A stretch of 63,518 nt of DNA, the filler included, from Choristocarpus tenellus KU-1152 (Eukaryota; Protista; Phaeophyceae): the NCBI GenBank assembly GCA_964200185.2. It is 7 parts of 7 records of this genome, joined end to end, with 100 filler letters (N's around TTAATTAATTAA, not from the genome) between each part and the next. Parts side by side here need not be neighbours in the genome. Positions count along the whole stretch, not along the records: positions 40,474 to 59,272 come from CAXNAD020000516.1; positions 59,373 to 63,518 come from CAXNAD020015985.1; 5 more parts are not named here. The stretch is one strand, 5' to 3'. Shown here piece after piece: positions 50,001 through 62,500 of the stretch. The first letter of the stretch is position 1; the number at the start of each line of letters is the position of its first letter. The position numbers and the translations under genes are program-made. A model generated the notes under the pieces. The model ran no database searches. It saw only the letters and a program-made list of their open reading frames with translations, and was not told the DNA's origin.

Positions 50001-53000
50001 CTTTCTCATCCCAGTACCAAAAACAAAAGACTCAGCTCAGAGGATAATGTTGCATCATGAAACAAGGTGATGTACATCACATCTATTATATCTCTTCTTG
50101 CCACCCCTCAACAGCCCTTAGTCTGTTGTGGATTAGCCCACGGTTACTACAACCAGATAGCAATGCCTCCCTTTCTGGTATATCCTCAACTACAGTAGGG
50201 CCCACCATGACAGGAATCTACTTCAGGTTGGGTTGGGTATATCGATATTTCACAGCTCAAGTGTCTGTATGTAGAACTCGATTCCTGGTGTACCATGGCA
50301 ATAGTCCCCATCTGTCTCATATACTGTAGCATCCCTACGGTATTTGAAGGAGAAAATGGCCGTCATTTAAGCTTTGTCTGGACTATAGCACGAGTTAGGG
50401 TTTAACCTACCCCTAACCCTATGTTATGTGAACAAAACGGTATGTCTGATCCTGGTTAATATCACAACAATCACTCCACTCATCAATGTATGTATGCGCA
50501 ATTTTGTCATTTAAAAAAAACTTTACTTCCACCATCAATTCTATTACAGAATGCCTTACTTTCCTCCACATGAAGAATTATCCAATACGCTTGAAATTGT
50601 CTCGTTCCCCCTTTTACCCTCGAAAGGAAACTGGGTAAACGACAGGGTAGCATAGGGTCCGTATTTGGCTCTGGCGAGGGTGGTAGGGTCAGAGCTGGGA
50701 GTGTTCAAAGTGCTACAGCAGCAGTTGCAGCGGGAGCTGCAGCAGTGACTGCTTCCACAGCCACATCGGAGAAGCAGTACTCAGATATCTCATCTAAGCT
50801 TGAGGGGATCTCAGCACTTCTCAGAGCACTACAGGTTCACAGAGGGAATGGGTTGTAAGCAGTAAATATGTCAAACTTGAAGTCAAGGGCACTACTTGAA
50901 TGCACAATGGTTGTTGCACTCCCAAGCAGCCCAAGAACTATTGCGGAGCAAAACAAAATCTCTAGAATAGGTACCTTATTTCTCTTATGGCATCAGACTC
51001 AATGAAACGTCATCATATCTGCACATGAGTCTCCAATACATCATGGAAATTGCCTGTGCCTGTGCTTGTCTGTGCTGATCCTTCTTATCTACAATATATT
51101 GCGGAATGTTTATTTTTTCGTAGCTACTGCTATCACCTACTCACTGACTCTGGGTGAAAAATGGAACACCAATTTCCACTGTCATTATTCATAGAATATT
51201 CAAGGAAGCCATCCACTCATGACTGATAGCTATAAATATGTCACGCTACACTTTCAGTACATTGGTTGATTTGGGGAGAACTGTGAAAGAACAGCAAGAT
51301 TGCCAGAATGGTGATTTTTTACTTCAAGCTATTCTGGAGAAGCTGTCGCGTATAATGCCCGCATTAAAAAAAAATGGTATTGCTATTGACAACAAAAAGA
51401 AATTTTGCCAGGCACAGAACCTCTATGAGGTGACAGTGTCTAGCTACAAGAATTCAATCCTGACCTTGAGCTAAAGTAAATAAAATAGACGGTAGAGCCG
51501 CATCCATTTGGGGGTCAAAATCTAATGTTGTGATTTTGATATCATTTTGGCTATCGTGTTGTTAGGAAGTGCTAGTATCTATGTTTCAGACACATATTTT
51601 CATAACATATACATTTTACCCTACTCCTAAACATTTTGGAGTAGAAAAATATAATTAAAAAAACCATGGGAAGCCAAGCCTCTAATGGACAAACAGGGCA
51701 AAACTCGTACCCTATAAGATACTTTCACTCCTTTTCTTGAAGCCATTCACGAATATAAATATATTTATACCCCTCTGTGTACTGCCACATCCCTGGTATT
51801 CAGCTCTTCCAGAGATTGTAACATGCCCCCACCAACAACCTCTTGATTCCAATGCTGAACAACAAAACAAATCCCCAGGATGCCCAGGCTGGTCAGTATC
51901 CCGTGCCAGAGGAGGACAGTGATCCAAAGGCAAAGGTCAGGGAAGGACAGGAGAGTGCTCTGCCTAGTGACATATCGTCAATTGCCTATCGAGATGCAGA
52001 AGATGCATCTATGATTCCTGGATATGAGCTGGAGGTGGGGCAATATGTCATAAAGTTTATGTTGCCTCCTTTCACATAATGCAATGTTTTTGTTCATACA
52101 TCGGGTGTTGTTACAATTATTCCTATAATAAGCCAAAATATCTTAGAGGGTAAAGCCACGTCCATTTGGGGGCCAAAATCCTATTTTTCGATTTTGTTTG
52201 GCTATCATGTTTGTTAGGAGATGTCAATATCCTTGTTCCAGACACACCTTTTCATAGCGTATACATTTTACCTACCCGTGGGAAGCCAAGGCCCAAATGG
52301 ACAAACAGGGAAAAACTCGTACCCTCCAAGATACTTTCACTCAATAATTTGGCAGGACTGATGCTTCTCCGCACCATTACCTCTGGATATCAAGGTATCC
52401 ACATAATTCCTCTCTCTTGATGACGATTTTGCTGTTCGCATTTTCCAGATGGATGACTCTCCCTCCTACCCACTAGAAGATTCCCAAAAAAGAAAATCGT
52501 ACTTTTCTTGTTGACAATCTTCCTGCTGTGTTTGCCAGTAACAGGCTATGGTCTGACAGGGGACTTGTCTGTTGCTACCATTGATTTCTGATTGTTCCCA
52601 GGCTGGTCATCTACTTGTACCTATTTCAAACATCTTTCAAATCTAACTCCTGCCCATATGCAGATACTACCTCGTGATAATCTACCAGTGCAAACCCTCT
52701 CTCGCCTAAAGTTCGGGGAGCATCTTATCTCGGTCCTGGGACTAACATCAACAGTGCGAATTGAGATTGCTCGCAACCTGCCCCCCCTAGGGGGAGAGCA
52801 GGCAGGGGTAGGGGCACGGACAGGGGAAATATCCAATTCCAACGCTTTCCGCAATTCATACTTGTGGGATGCAAAAACAGGCATACTCTATGTGCATGGT
52901 AAGGGGAACCATATTGAACTAGGACAAAAGTCTCATGAAATGGGAGAGTGCTAAGAGTTTGTGTATTGCCTATGGAATGCGGAAGAAAATACATGTTGTG

Positions 53001-56000
53001 CTTGGAGTCAGCTACATATATGAATTGTTCAAATTGTATTTTATAGAGTTCAACATACCCTCAAGTGCTGTGGTTCTTTGATTTGTTTATTACTCTAGTT
53101 TAGAGTGAAGTTGGCTGTCACGAAAATTTCTCATTTCGATCATTATGAGAATACAATTTCAATCCACTGACATTTGACTGCCAGAGCATATCCTCTATAT
53201 ATATGTAACTGGGGCAAGATGAAAAGCAAGAGCTTGTAGTCCCTTGTGTGCCTCATAAGCATGACCATTTTTCATTCATTCAAATCCAATGTAAAGCACC
53301 AACCAGCTCTGAAGCATAAAGTAACATGGAGTAACCTTCTTTTTTTTCATTTCATCAGTTCGGCGGATGTCCAACAGTGGGGACTTTGGCCTGGTACTTG
53401 TTCATGCTGCGGCCCATCTGAAGGTGGACCCTCCCAATATGGCGAATGACCTTGACCCTTGCTTCACACAGCACTTTCATTATGTACTCAAGATCCTCAC
53501 CCAAGGTCAGACAATAGAGGTTAGAGGGACGGATTTGGGGTAGGGTTAGAGGAATGTCATAAGGAGAAGGGAGGGGATAGCAATGCAACAGTGTGAAGGG
53601 CAGAAAGGAAAGGAGGAAGGAGGGGCAAGGGAACAGATTGCCCATTCAGACAAATAAGTCAAGGTGGCAGGTGCCGCATCTGTACAAGGCGATGTTGCCA
53701 AGGGTGTTCACAAGTAGGTTCAGCAATGATGATGCAATGGGCAACATTACTTTCCTTGACAATACAATGGGCAATTACCCCATTCCTGTTGAGCAATTTC
53801 CAAACTTTCGCCTGCAATCCTTTCTAGACTTCACTTACATCCTCCCTGATAAATTTTCACACATCAGACCACATACTGTACTTCCCTTATCTTATTCCTT
53901 GCCTCTCCCAGTCCAATTTATTTCATTTCTTTGTCACCCTCACATTATCACAATCCTATGCTCATCAGAGCTCTTTAAGTCCCGACCAGACAACCTGGGA
54001 GGTATCTGGGATGAGGGGGGGGGGGGCAGTCAATCCTGCTCCACATTCATCAGAGGGTCTACTAAAATATCAACCAGGCTTCAATATTTCAAGCTCAGAC
54101 CGAGGGAGGCAAAGGAAGAATGAAGGCAAAACACCCAGACAAGATAGAGGGGGGAATGACAGGAGCCTTTTTGGAGAAGAGGTGAGGACAACAAGGTGGA
54201 ATGGTGGCAACTGAGGAGGGCAGTCTGACACATATTACAAACACTTTGAAACTTATATTAATATTCTCACAATCGACAATAGCAAATATTCATCATGCAC
54301 ACTGCACCAGACTCAAGCAATTTTCCACAAAATACTTGGTACAATAATAAGTACCTAAAGAGAACCCCATGATTTGGGAACTCCTGTTCAGACAAAGCAG
54401 TCCTTCCTTAGATTAATTGGCATATGGGTATAATTTTAATCCTCTGCTGCTTGTCAAGGCAACGAGTTTTAGGTGCCATCATCATAGAAATAGTCATGTG
54501 GCAGCAGCACTCTGTATGCCCTAACTTCTTCAACTGAAATTGCTTGCATACTGAGGACAGATGTGGCAACAAATGGATGACATGTACTCCCATGTAATTT
54601 GAGACTTTCTCCTCCTCCTTATTTGCTATGTGCTATTACGCTCCGACTGACCAGGATGCTTTTACAGAGAGACTGGAGAGATACGCTCACGCTAGTGGTC
54701 ATCCAAGGCTTGCTGAGATGCTGTCAAGGCACACAAAGGACCAAAGGGACAGATTCACCCTAAGTGATGATGAAAACGAGGATGAGGTACAATCTTCAGT
54801 CTGCAGTTGTGTGCTGTGGTACAGTTTCTCATTCATGTGTAGCGTGTGTCTGTGTATGTGTTGTTGCTGCAGGGGGCAGTGGGAGAATGGGGTGTACTTG
54901 TCACTTGGCGCCTAGCTTGGGGGAGTTACACAACCAACTATGCAGATGTGTTGAGACAAAAAAAACGACACTTGATTATGACTACACTGCCATGTCCCCA
55001 ACTTTTTTCAATTTCCAATATAAACAAGAGTGAAAGTATCTCAAAGGGTACCTACAGGAGTTTTGCCCTGGTTGTCCATTTGGGGCTTGGCTTCCCACGG
55101 ATGTTTTATGACATTAAACCTACTCGAAATGTTTTGGAGTAGGTAAAATGTATACATTATGAAAAGGTGTGACCAGAACAAGGACATTGACGCTTTCTAA
55201 CAACACAATAGCCAAAATTGCATCAAAATCGCAACATTGGATTTGGCCCTGAAACGGACACTGCTCTACCCTCTATGATACTTGACTCTAATGTATAATT
55301 ATCAAAGAGATAGATTAAGCACATGGCAACGTGAAATGTGCCTACTCTCCTACTCAGAAAGTCAAGGCATGTTACGTAACCCTAACCAATACTCTGGGGG
55401 TCCTATTCGTATATCATTGCTTCTGATATGCAGCTCTCACCATATGATACATTTTTTGTCCAAGACACCTGAGATGCTTTCCCGTAGCACCTCACCCTGT
55501 CAGAGTATTTCATAAATCCTCCGGAGTACAAGGGATAATTTGGAACGTTTACAGAAAAGCACGCATTGCCTTGATGTAGCACCCCTTTCAACCACCCCAA
55601 AGTTCTAATATAGAGCTAACACCTTGTCTCTTGAAGGAACTTTCACTCTTTGGTCCTCCAACAGTCGTAGTAGTGTTGATTTGGGCTCGAATCCTATCTT
55701 AACCGAGCTATCCCTCTTAGAGGGGGGAATCATTGAGTACTTGGAATTCTTGTTCCTGCCTTTTGATACATCGGCTTCTAGCACCCTAAAGGCGATTTCG
55801 CGCTCTGTGGACAAATCTTGATCTTTCTTCTAAAGCCACAACCACGTCAGGGAGGCTAGGTGCATGTCAGGAATGCAATTGGGATGCCAGTCAGAAGCTC
55901 TCAAAATCCCTAAACACTAAACAGGGTCTAATAGACTCCCCTATGAGATAGGATGGCCCCTCAAAACTCACTCAGAATCACTAGTGTGGCTCAATCTCTG

Positions 56001-56148
56001 GCTCAAAGTCTCTGGGAGGGAGGGTGGCAGCTGTCCATTCGGGGCCCACTTTTCCATGTCACGTTTTTTTGGTGATTTGGTCGCATATGTCGGATGGATA
56101 ATGTCAGTGCGCTTTTCCTGGTCATGGCCTGAATGGAAACCATGGTGT

Positions 56149-56185
<37 letters not shown>

Positions 56186-57082
56186 CCCCCCCNNNNNNNN
56201 NNCCCCCCCCCCCCCCCAGCAGATACTTTGAGTCTCTCCCCTATCCCTCTGCCTCATTCATTCACAAAAACACCTGGCACCTGTGAATAGATAGGAAGAA
56301 CCTACTTTACAATTGTATTCCATATTGGCAACCCCCTGCATTCGCCTTGTGGTGAATAATTACGAATCGATCAAGTAGGCTTGTTCAAACTTTCCACGAT
56401 AGTTTCACACCCACATATATGTACAGATTACTACACTTAAAATATTTTTCAACAAGTACAGCCCTCAGCAGTTTGTCGCCACGATACCCATCATCAACCT
56501 CCTGTAGATATCGGCTTTGTAAAATTGTGTGGATACCCCTTGGTGTGTCCAAGCTAAAAAGCTTTCAGATAAAGTATATACATCATATTGAATTTCCTCT
56601 GCACTTTCTCCTTCACCTCAGCAAAATATCTCACTTCTGTGACCCATCCCCTAGAAGGGTACTGACATATGCTGGCATTCGCTTCACCACTGCAAATCTG
56701 GCATCAATATTTATGCATTTCCCTTCTTTCCCCTACCACACAGGTTTCAAATGCAGAGGACTCAGCGTATATGGCCGACTTCACTGAGGAGGACGACTCC
56801 TCATCTCTTGCCCCCTCAAACTCACCAAGGCGACCCGATAGCCCCAGGGCCATTGGTGGCACCCCCAGGATTAGTGGAGGTAGCCCTCGTATCGTTGGTA
56901 GTAACTCTTGGTCCAGGCATTCACTTCGGGAAAGGGGTCCTTTAGAAGTTGTTCAATTGGAAGCTTCTGGGTCATGGAGTGGTAGGCAATCACCAAGAAG
57001 AGTTAGTAGAGGGGAAATGCCAAGGCCTCATATGATGCTGGCAGGGGGGGGGGCAATAATAGAGAAAAGAGAGGAAGAATAA
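41025..57082 (+). CDS. C-terminal 18 exons of a large coiled-coil protein with conserved NAFRNSY...HAAAHLK domain (5' part missing)
   Basis: Phase-compatible exons 41025-41118, 41751-41945, 42281-42343, 43182-43376, 44007-44084, 44730-44869, 46373-46490, 47926-48036, 48630-48788, 49265-49399, 49782-49852, 50627-50834, 51879-52034, 52664-52898, 53359-53505, 53969-54181 (one apparent frameshift in a G-run), 54655-54786, 56744-57082 (TAA). E/K/Q/R-rich heptads followed by IEIARNLP...NAFRNSYLWDAKTGILYVHVRRMSNSGDFGLVLVHAAAHLKVDP. Confidence 0.85.
46527..46784. mobile_element. MITE family A copy 12, variant perfect 23-bp TIR
   Basis: GACCCAAAGCATTTAAGAGGGTA ... TACCCTCTTAAATGCTTTGGGTC. Confidence 0.88.
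47149..47408. mobile_element. MITE family A copy 13 (reverse)
   Basis: Full length; flanks AATT/AATA. Confidence 0.9.
51468..51730. mobile_element. MITE family A copy 14 (reverse)
   Basis: Left TIR damaged; right TIR intact. Confidence 0.87.
52131..52342. mobile_element. MITE family A copy 15 (reverse, internal deletions)
   Basis: TSD AATA. Confidence 0.87.
55028..55288. mobile_element. MITE family A copy 16
   Basis: Full-length match. Confidence 0.88.
56000..56234. mobile_element. MITE family B copy with expanded C-run and small gap
   Basis: GGCTCAAAGTCTCTGGGAGG ... CAGATACTTTGAGTC. Confidence 0.85.
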
Positions 57083-59429
57083 CAGAAGATTGGGATCAGG
57101 GTAATGTCATGGCTTGACCGAAGAGGAGCAATGTTGGTCTTGACCTAGTACAGGGATTTACTTTATCAACATATTTGAGACAATTTTAGGATTGAACTGG
57201 AGAAGTAATCAATGCGCACATATAAGCATCTTTCTCAGACAACTTCACGAGAGCACTGATAAAGCTAACTGGGTGATTTTCTCAATAAAAAACACTAAAA
57301 CATCTCCCTCAGAATTGAAATCGCACCGCACTCATCATGTATGGTCCAGTTCAGTGAGTAATCTGGTTGTTTTTCCTACTCAATTGATATCGACTAGCAT
57401 GTGCGAAGAATAACATAAACCTTAATATCGATATTTTAGTGATAAAATGGCCTACTAATTCTGCACCACTACTACTGCATTTGTTTCATACCCTCGATGT
57501 TCCACAGCTGCAATGGTGATGTGATGAGGGTCATAGCAATACACAGATACAGTACAGCAGTATGTCACATATTTGCAAACCTTGGACATCACATTTTGCG
57601 ATGGGGAATCACGTGAGGCTCATAACCTAATGAAACTTGTGAGAATATGACCTAGTGGTCCCTCGATGGATTGCCTTTGCCTCACAGTTTGATGATGCTG
57701 ATGATGCACAGTGAAGAGTCTTCTTCCTTGAACAAGGAAACAGGAAGAACAGATAAATGTGACTCTGGAACCGTGCAATATCTTGGTTAAAAGATAAACA
57801 TGAGAGTGACAGGAGCGGAGACAGGAGGCCGACCTGTGTGTCCCATGCCCTCGTCTTCCTACTGAGTCAATGCCTAGTTCGATCTGAATCTTTGTGTACA
57901 CTTGCAAACTATCTGTCTTCTCTCAACAGTCATGTGCACATGTTGTGGCAAGTTTACACATGAGTAGTTTATACTACTATGCTTTTCTTGACTAAAAAGT
58001 ATAATATTAGGTACACTTACAATTAGTGTGTCGTAAAGTCTATCTCGATGAAGGGGAACATAGTCGTTTCTACATAAATACCCTTGTCCAATCATTGACT
58101 CATTATAGAAGGAGGTATAGAGAAGGAGAGTAGATTGTTCTCTAAGCAAAATCCCTGTAAATGTTGCTGGGGATCTATTTTGAAACTCACTGCACGATCC
58201 AATTTGGCATGGTTGGCAGCAATAATATACAAGTATAATAATGTACAGTTGAAGTTGGAAAGTATCCATAACCTGTGCAAATTTAGACTACTGTTTGTCT
58301 CAGTATGGAAGGAAAGAGAGAAAAGAGACAGTAGCCTCACACAATTCCCCTTTGCTGAATGTGATTACATGGTTGGAAAGAATGGCCTTGTAGAATGTCA
58401 TATTTATTTATGTTATTATTTATGCCTCAGATGTAAGTCAATCGTTATGTCAGAGAATTTTAATTGCAATACCAAACCCCATACATAATCCAGATGTACT
58501 ATCTCTTTGCTTACATCACATACACTCAATCCAATGCCATAATCTCATAAACACAAAACAGTATAAACCTTCCAAATGTCCTATTTTGTACAAATTGGAA
58601 GCAATACTGTTCGAAGGATTTGTACAAAGCTGTAACACTCACTCACCCTAATTATCTACCTATATTAACATTGTGTGAAGTATCGAAGTCTTCACCAAAT
58701 TAAAGACAACAGAGCAAAACACTAATCAAAATATAAGACAAAACTGATGGTTCTGATGTGAGGATTAAAAAATAAAACTTAATCAATATCTGACATAATT
58801 CATATGGCATATACTCTGCTTGTATGTTTGACAGATGTGTCGACTATTCGATACCTCCTATGCACCATCACGTTCTAACAGCAGTCAGTTGATGATGGGA
58901 TGATGAGGGGCTAATAATGCAATGTGACTAACGACCAGTACCGATGTGCGAATTAAGAGGAAGTGGTAACACTACAAAACATGACTACCTTGTGTTTTAA
59001 CACCCTCGCCTAACTGAAAGAAGGAATTTGTGAAACAGATGGAAACAAGCCGACAGGTTCTTCGTAATGAAGGGGAGCGGAAAAGAGAGAGCAATCCCTC
59101 AGAAGGTCACTCAGGAAAAGAGTGAACAAGATGGTAACTGAATGAGGGGGGGGTTGGCAAGGTCAATCCAAACCACCCGATCTTACTTCAAGCAAATGTT
59201 ACCTTTGTTTTGCTCACGAATTCTGGATTATTATTATTATTTTGCACATTCCTATTTTCTTATTCCTCTATCNNNNNNNNNNNNNNNNNNNNNNNNNNNN
59301 NNNNNNNNNNNNNNNNTTAATTAATTAANNNNNNNNNNNNNNNNNNNNNNNNNNNNNNNNNNNNNNNNNNNNTTAGGGGGTGGTATTTTGTCTTGTTGTG
59401 TTAAAGGGCATGCACCCCTTCTTTTTTTT

Positions 59430-59469
<40 letters not shown>

Positions 59470-59560
59470 CGAGCAATTTAAGCGGGAAATACTGCATTGC
59501 CCATAATAAGTCCTTTTCCAGAAGCTGTTGATGACTGAACCATGCGTATCATTTTTGCAG

Positions 59561-62500
59561 GTGGAAATTTTGTCCATGCACCGGTCTGGGTCTTCAACTG
59601 TAGGGCAGTTGTTCAACAATGATCCCTCTGCATTCTACGTAAATGATCCGTGTGCGTTCTTGGATGGTGAGTACCCCAATAACTGTCCATCGTGCTATGT
59701 ATGTATGTGTGTATGTGTGTATGTGTATGTGTCCTTCCATTGCCCACTAGGAAAAAAAATATTCCAAGATTTTGAGTACGATCCGTCAATCCTAATTCTT
59801 TTGGTAGTTGTTACTTGAGCTAACCCTGACCCTAGCTCTAATCCACGTTGTTGTGCTGTGTGTGTGTGTGTGTGTGTATTTGATGCCACCCTCCTCTCAA
59901 ACGGTTTTTGTAGCTCAATTTGTTGGTGTGAGGAAGAAGCAGCTGTGGAAGAAGGAGGAGTTGTGTGGAGATATTGTCGAACGAGTATTCAAATGCACAT
60001 TCAATGATGAAGACATCGTTAACATGTACTCGGTGAGTTTGATGCGTACATCCAATATGTGTCTAGATGTGTGTGTGTGTGTTTGTGTGTGTGTGTCTGT
60101 GTGTGTATGTTGTGCTTGAACAGGGTAGGCCTGGTGTGTTTCTAGGACAGATACCTTCGGGGGCATGTAGTCGAGGTTGCTTGGGTGTGGGTTGGAGGTG
60201 TTTGGTGGGGATGAGATGGAAATGCCACCGGTTGACTGTAATTTTTGTGTTGTTTAGAGGTCTGTTGGTTATGCAATCTCGTTCATTTTTGAAATGTAAC
60301 TGTCATGTTTGTGCTGTTACTCTCTGCAGGAGAGAGTTCATTGAGTTCTTTGTCAGTGTTACTTTGGGGTCGATTTTTGTCTCAAAGGTTGAAAGTGTTG
60401 TTTCATGTTTGGTGCCGTCTATTTATTCTTCAGCTTGTTGACCATCTTTCGGTTACATCTTTCAGTTATACATTTTTCAGTTTAATCTTTCAGTTATACA
60501 TCTTTCAGTTTAATCTTTCAGTTATACATCTTTCAGTTTAATCTTTCAGTTACATCTTTCAGTTTTACATCTTCCAGTTACATCTTTCGGTTACATCTTC
60601 CAGTTACAGCTTCCAGTTACATCTTTCAGTTATGCATCTTTCAGTTACTTCCTTCGGTTTTGAAAAATGAAAGTTACACCTCTCAATTTCAAAACTCAAG
60701 AGGAGGAGGAGGAGGAGGAGAAGAGAAAGTCCTTGGACATTCCAACGTCAGGTCACAAGGGAAAATGATAATTTCTTCAGAAACATTTGGAAATAGCTGC
60801 TGAATTTTTAAGGAGGGAAAATAGGCAGTTGTGCCTTTTTTGTTTTTTTCTTTCCTTTTTCTAAGATTTTTTTTTTTTTTTTTTAAATTTGCTGGAAAAT
60901 TTGAACAAGATCAGTAAGAGGATTGATGCAACGTGTTAAGTTTCTTTAGGAGTATTCCTACCCCAGTAGTAACTGATTTGTTTTATGCCTGGGTTCTGAT
61001 CACAACACGAGAAATGTAACTGTTGCAACTGTTGTAACACAACAGTTGTAACTGCCGTTAATAGTGACTAAAAACAAGTTATTGTATTGATAAGACTAAC
61101 CCTAACCAATGAAAGAAGTATGGAGTAACTGTTGTAACTGTTGTAACAGCCGTTAATAGTGACTAAAAAAGTTATTATATTGATAAGACTAACCCTAGCC
61201 CTAACCGACGAAAGAAGTAAGGAGTAAAAAGAAAAAGAGGTGCATTGGTTTCTTCTCTTTGTGGGAACACTGTCTTTTGATGAAATCTAGTGACAGATAC
61301 TTCATGGTGTGAAGCTTCACAATTTCTTCATCCCTTGAACAAGGGTGGTACAGTCTATTCATAAAATTATGTGCTTAATAGTGAAAAAAAACCCCTAGAC
61401 TCTCAATGTCTACTGTTTGTAGACAATACCCTAACCCTGGACTCTTAATGTCTACTGTTAGTAGACAATACCCTAACCCTGGACTCTCAATGTCTACTGT
61501 TAGTAGACAATACCCTAACCCTAGACTCCTGTCTATAGTAAATGTTGCACAGTTGTGTCTGTCTCGGTTGTTGGGTACTTTGATCAATTAAAAAAAACTG
61601 TTCTTTGTGTTTCGCTTTTTGTTGTGTGAAATATGTGAAATATCTATAATGTGTGAAATAGGTAAAAGTTGTGAAAAATGTAAAATGTGTAAAATGTGTG
61701 AAATATCTAAAATGTAAAGAAATTGTAAAATGTGTGAAATATCTAAAATTTGTAAAATGTGTAAATGTGTAACATGTGTAAAATGTGTGAAATATATGCA
61801 CCAGGTGTTCTTGTCGAAAGGCATGATTTCCAGTGTTAGGGTTAGGGTTAGAGATAACAAGCAATCTCTGACTTATTTTGATTTGTCATATTAGGGTTAG
61901 GGTAACATGAAAAACAAACGGGAATTAGGGTTAGGGTTATCTAGGAACGACCCTTCTCACTGCACTGACAAAGGTCCTTTCACACTGGTGCAGTACTTGT
62001 AGTGTTCTCTTAGTGAAATATTATGAACTATTATGAAATATTTTCAAGTACAATGGAGTATTTTCAAGTATTATGAAGTATTATGAAATATGTTGAAATG
62101 TTGTAAACGTACTGACTCCACTGTGTACTGTTTTGCATTACTGCCCGTTACCCTCAACCTGTCCCTGAACCTCTCACCTCAATGACACTCTTTACTTACT
62201 ACTCTGTACCTACCTTCCTGCATGCGTGTGTAGAAATAGAGAGCAAGGTGTAAGGTGGGACCTGCAATGAAGTGGTTTTCCTTGAATTTTTCGGGCTTTT
62301 GCTTGTGTTTTGAGAACGCCTTTTCTCTCTCTGAAAACCTGATGTACTGCAGTTGATGTTACTTGACCTACTAGTGACGTATTAGTGCCCTTACCTCCTT
62401 GTTGTTGTTTGAGTAGATGGTGGATGAAACTGTTAAGAGGTCGGCGGTGTTGTCCAATCAGCTGAGCCTGTATGAAGAGCAGGGCGTCACAGGGCTCAAA

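Noticed and set aside
54010-54030. Programmed frameshift in the coiled-coil gene
   Set aside because: The shift falls in a long G homopolymer; the assembly shows many G/C-run problems, so a sequencing error is more likely.
4507-55288. Recurring palindromic repeats as a CRISPR-like or regulatory array
   Set aside because: Irregular kb-scale spacing, both orientations, TIRs and TSDs show they are MITEs; there is no repeat-spacer periodicity and no cas-like ORF.
57600-59150. Possible 3' exons of a minus-strand gene (e.g. NDYVPLHRDRLYDTLI followed by GTAAGT)
   Set aside because: Only short exon-like pieces with no recognisable domain; not supportable without transcripts.
6201-59372. Six identical N44-TTAATTAATTAA-N44 blocks
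   Set aside because: Artificial contig linkers (stop codons in all frames), not biology; they also make cross-gap gene order unreliable.
61487-61864. ORFs with FTHFT / ISHIL repeats
   Set aside because: Translations of a 9-bp intronic microsatellite.
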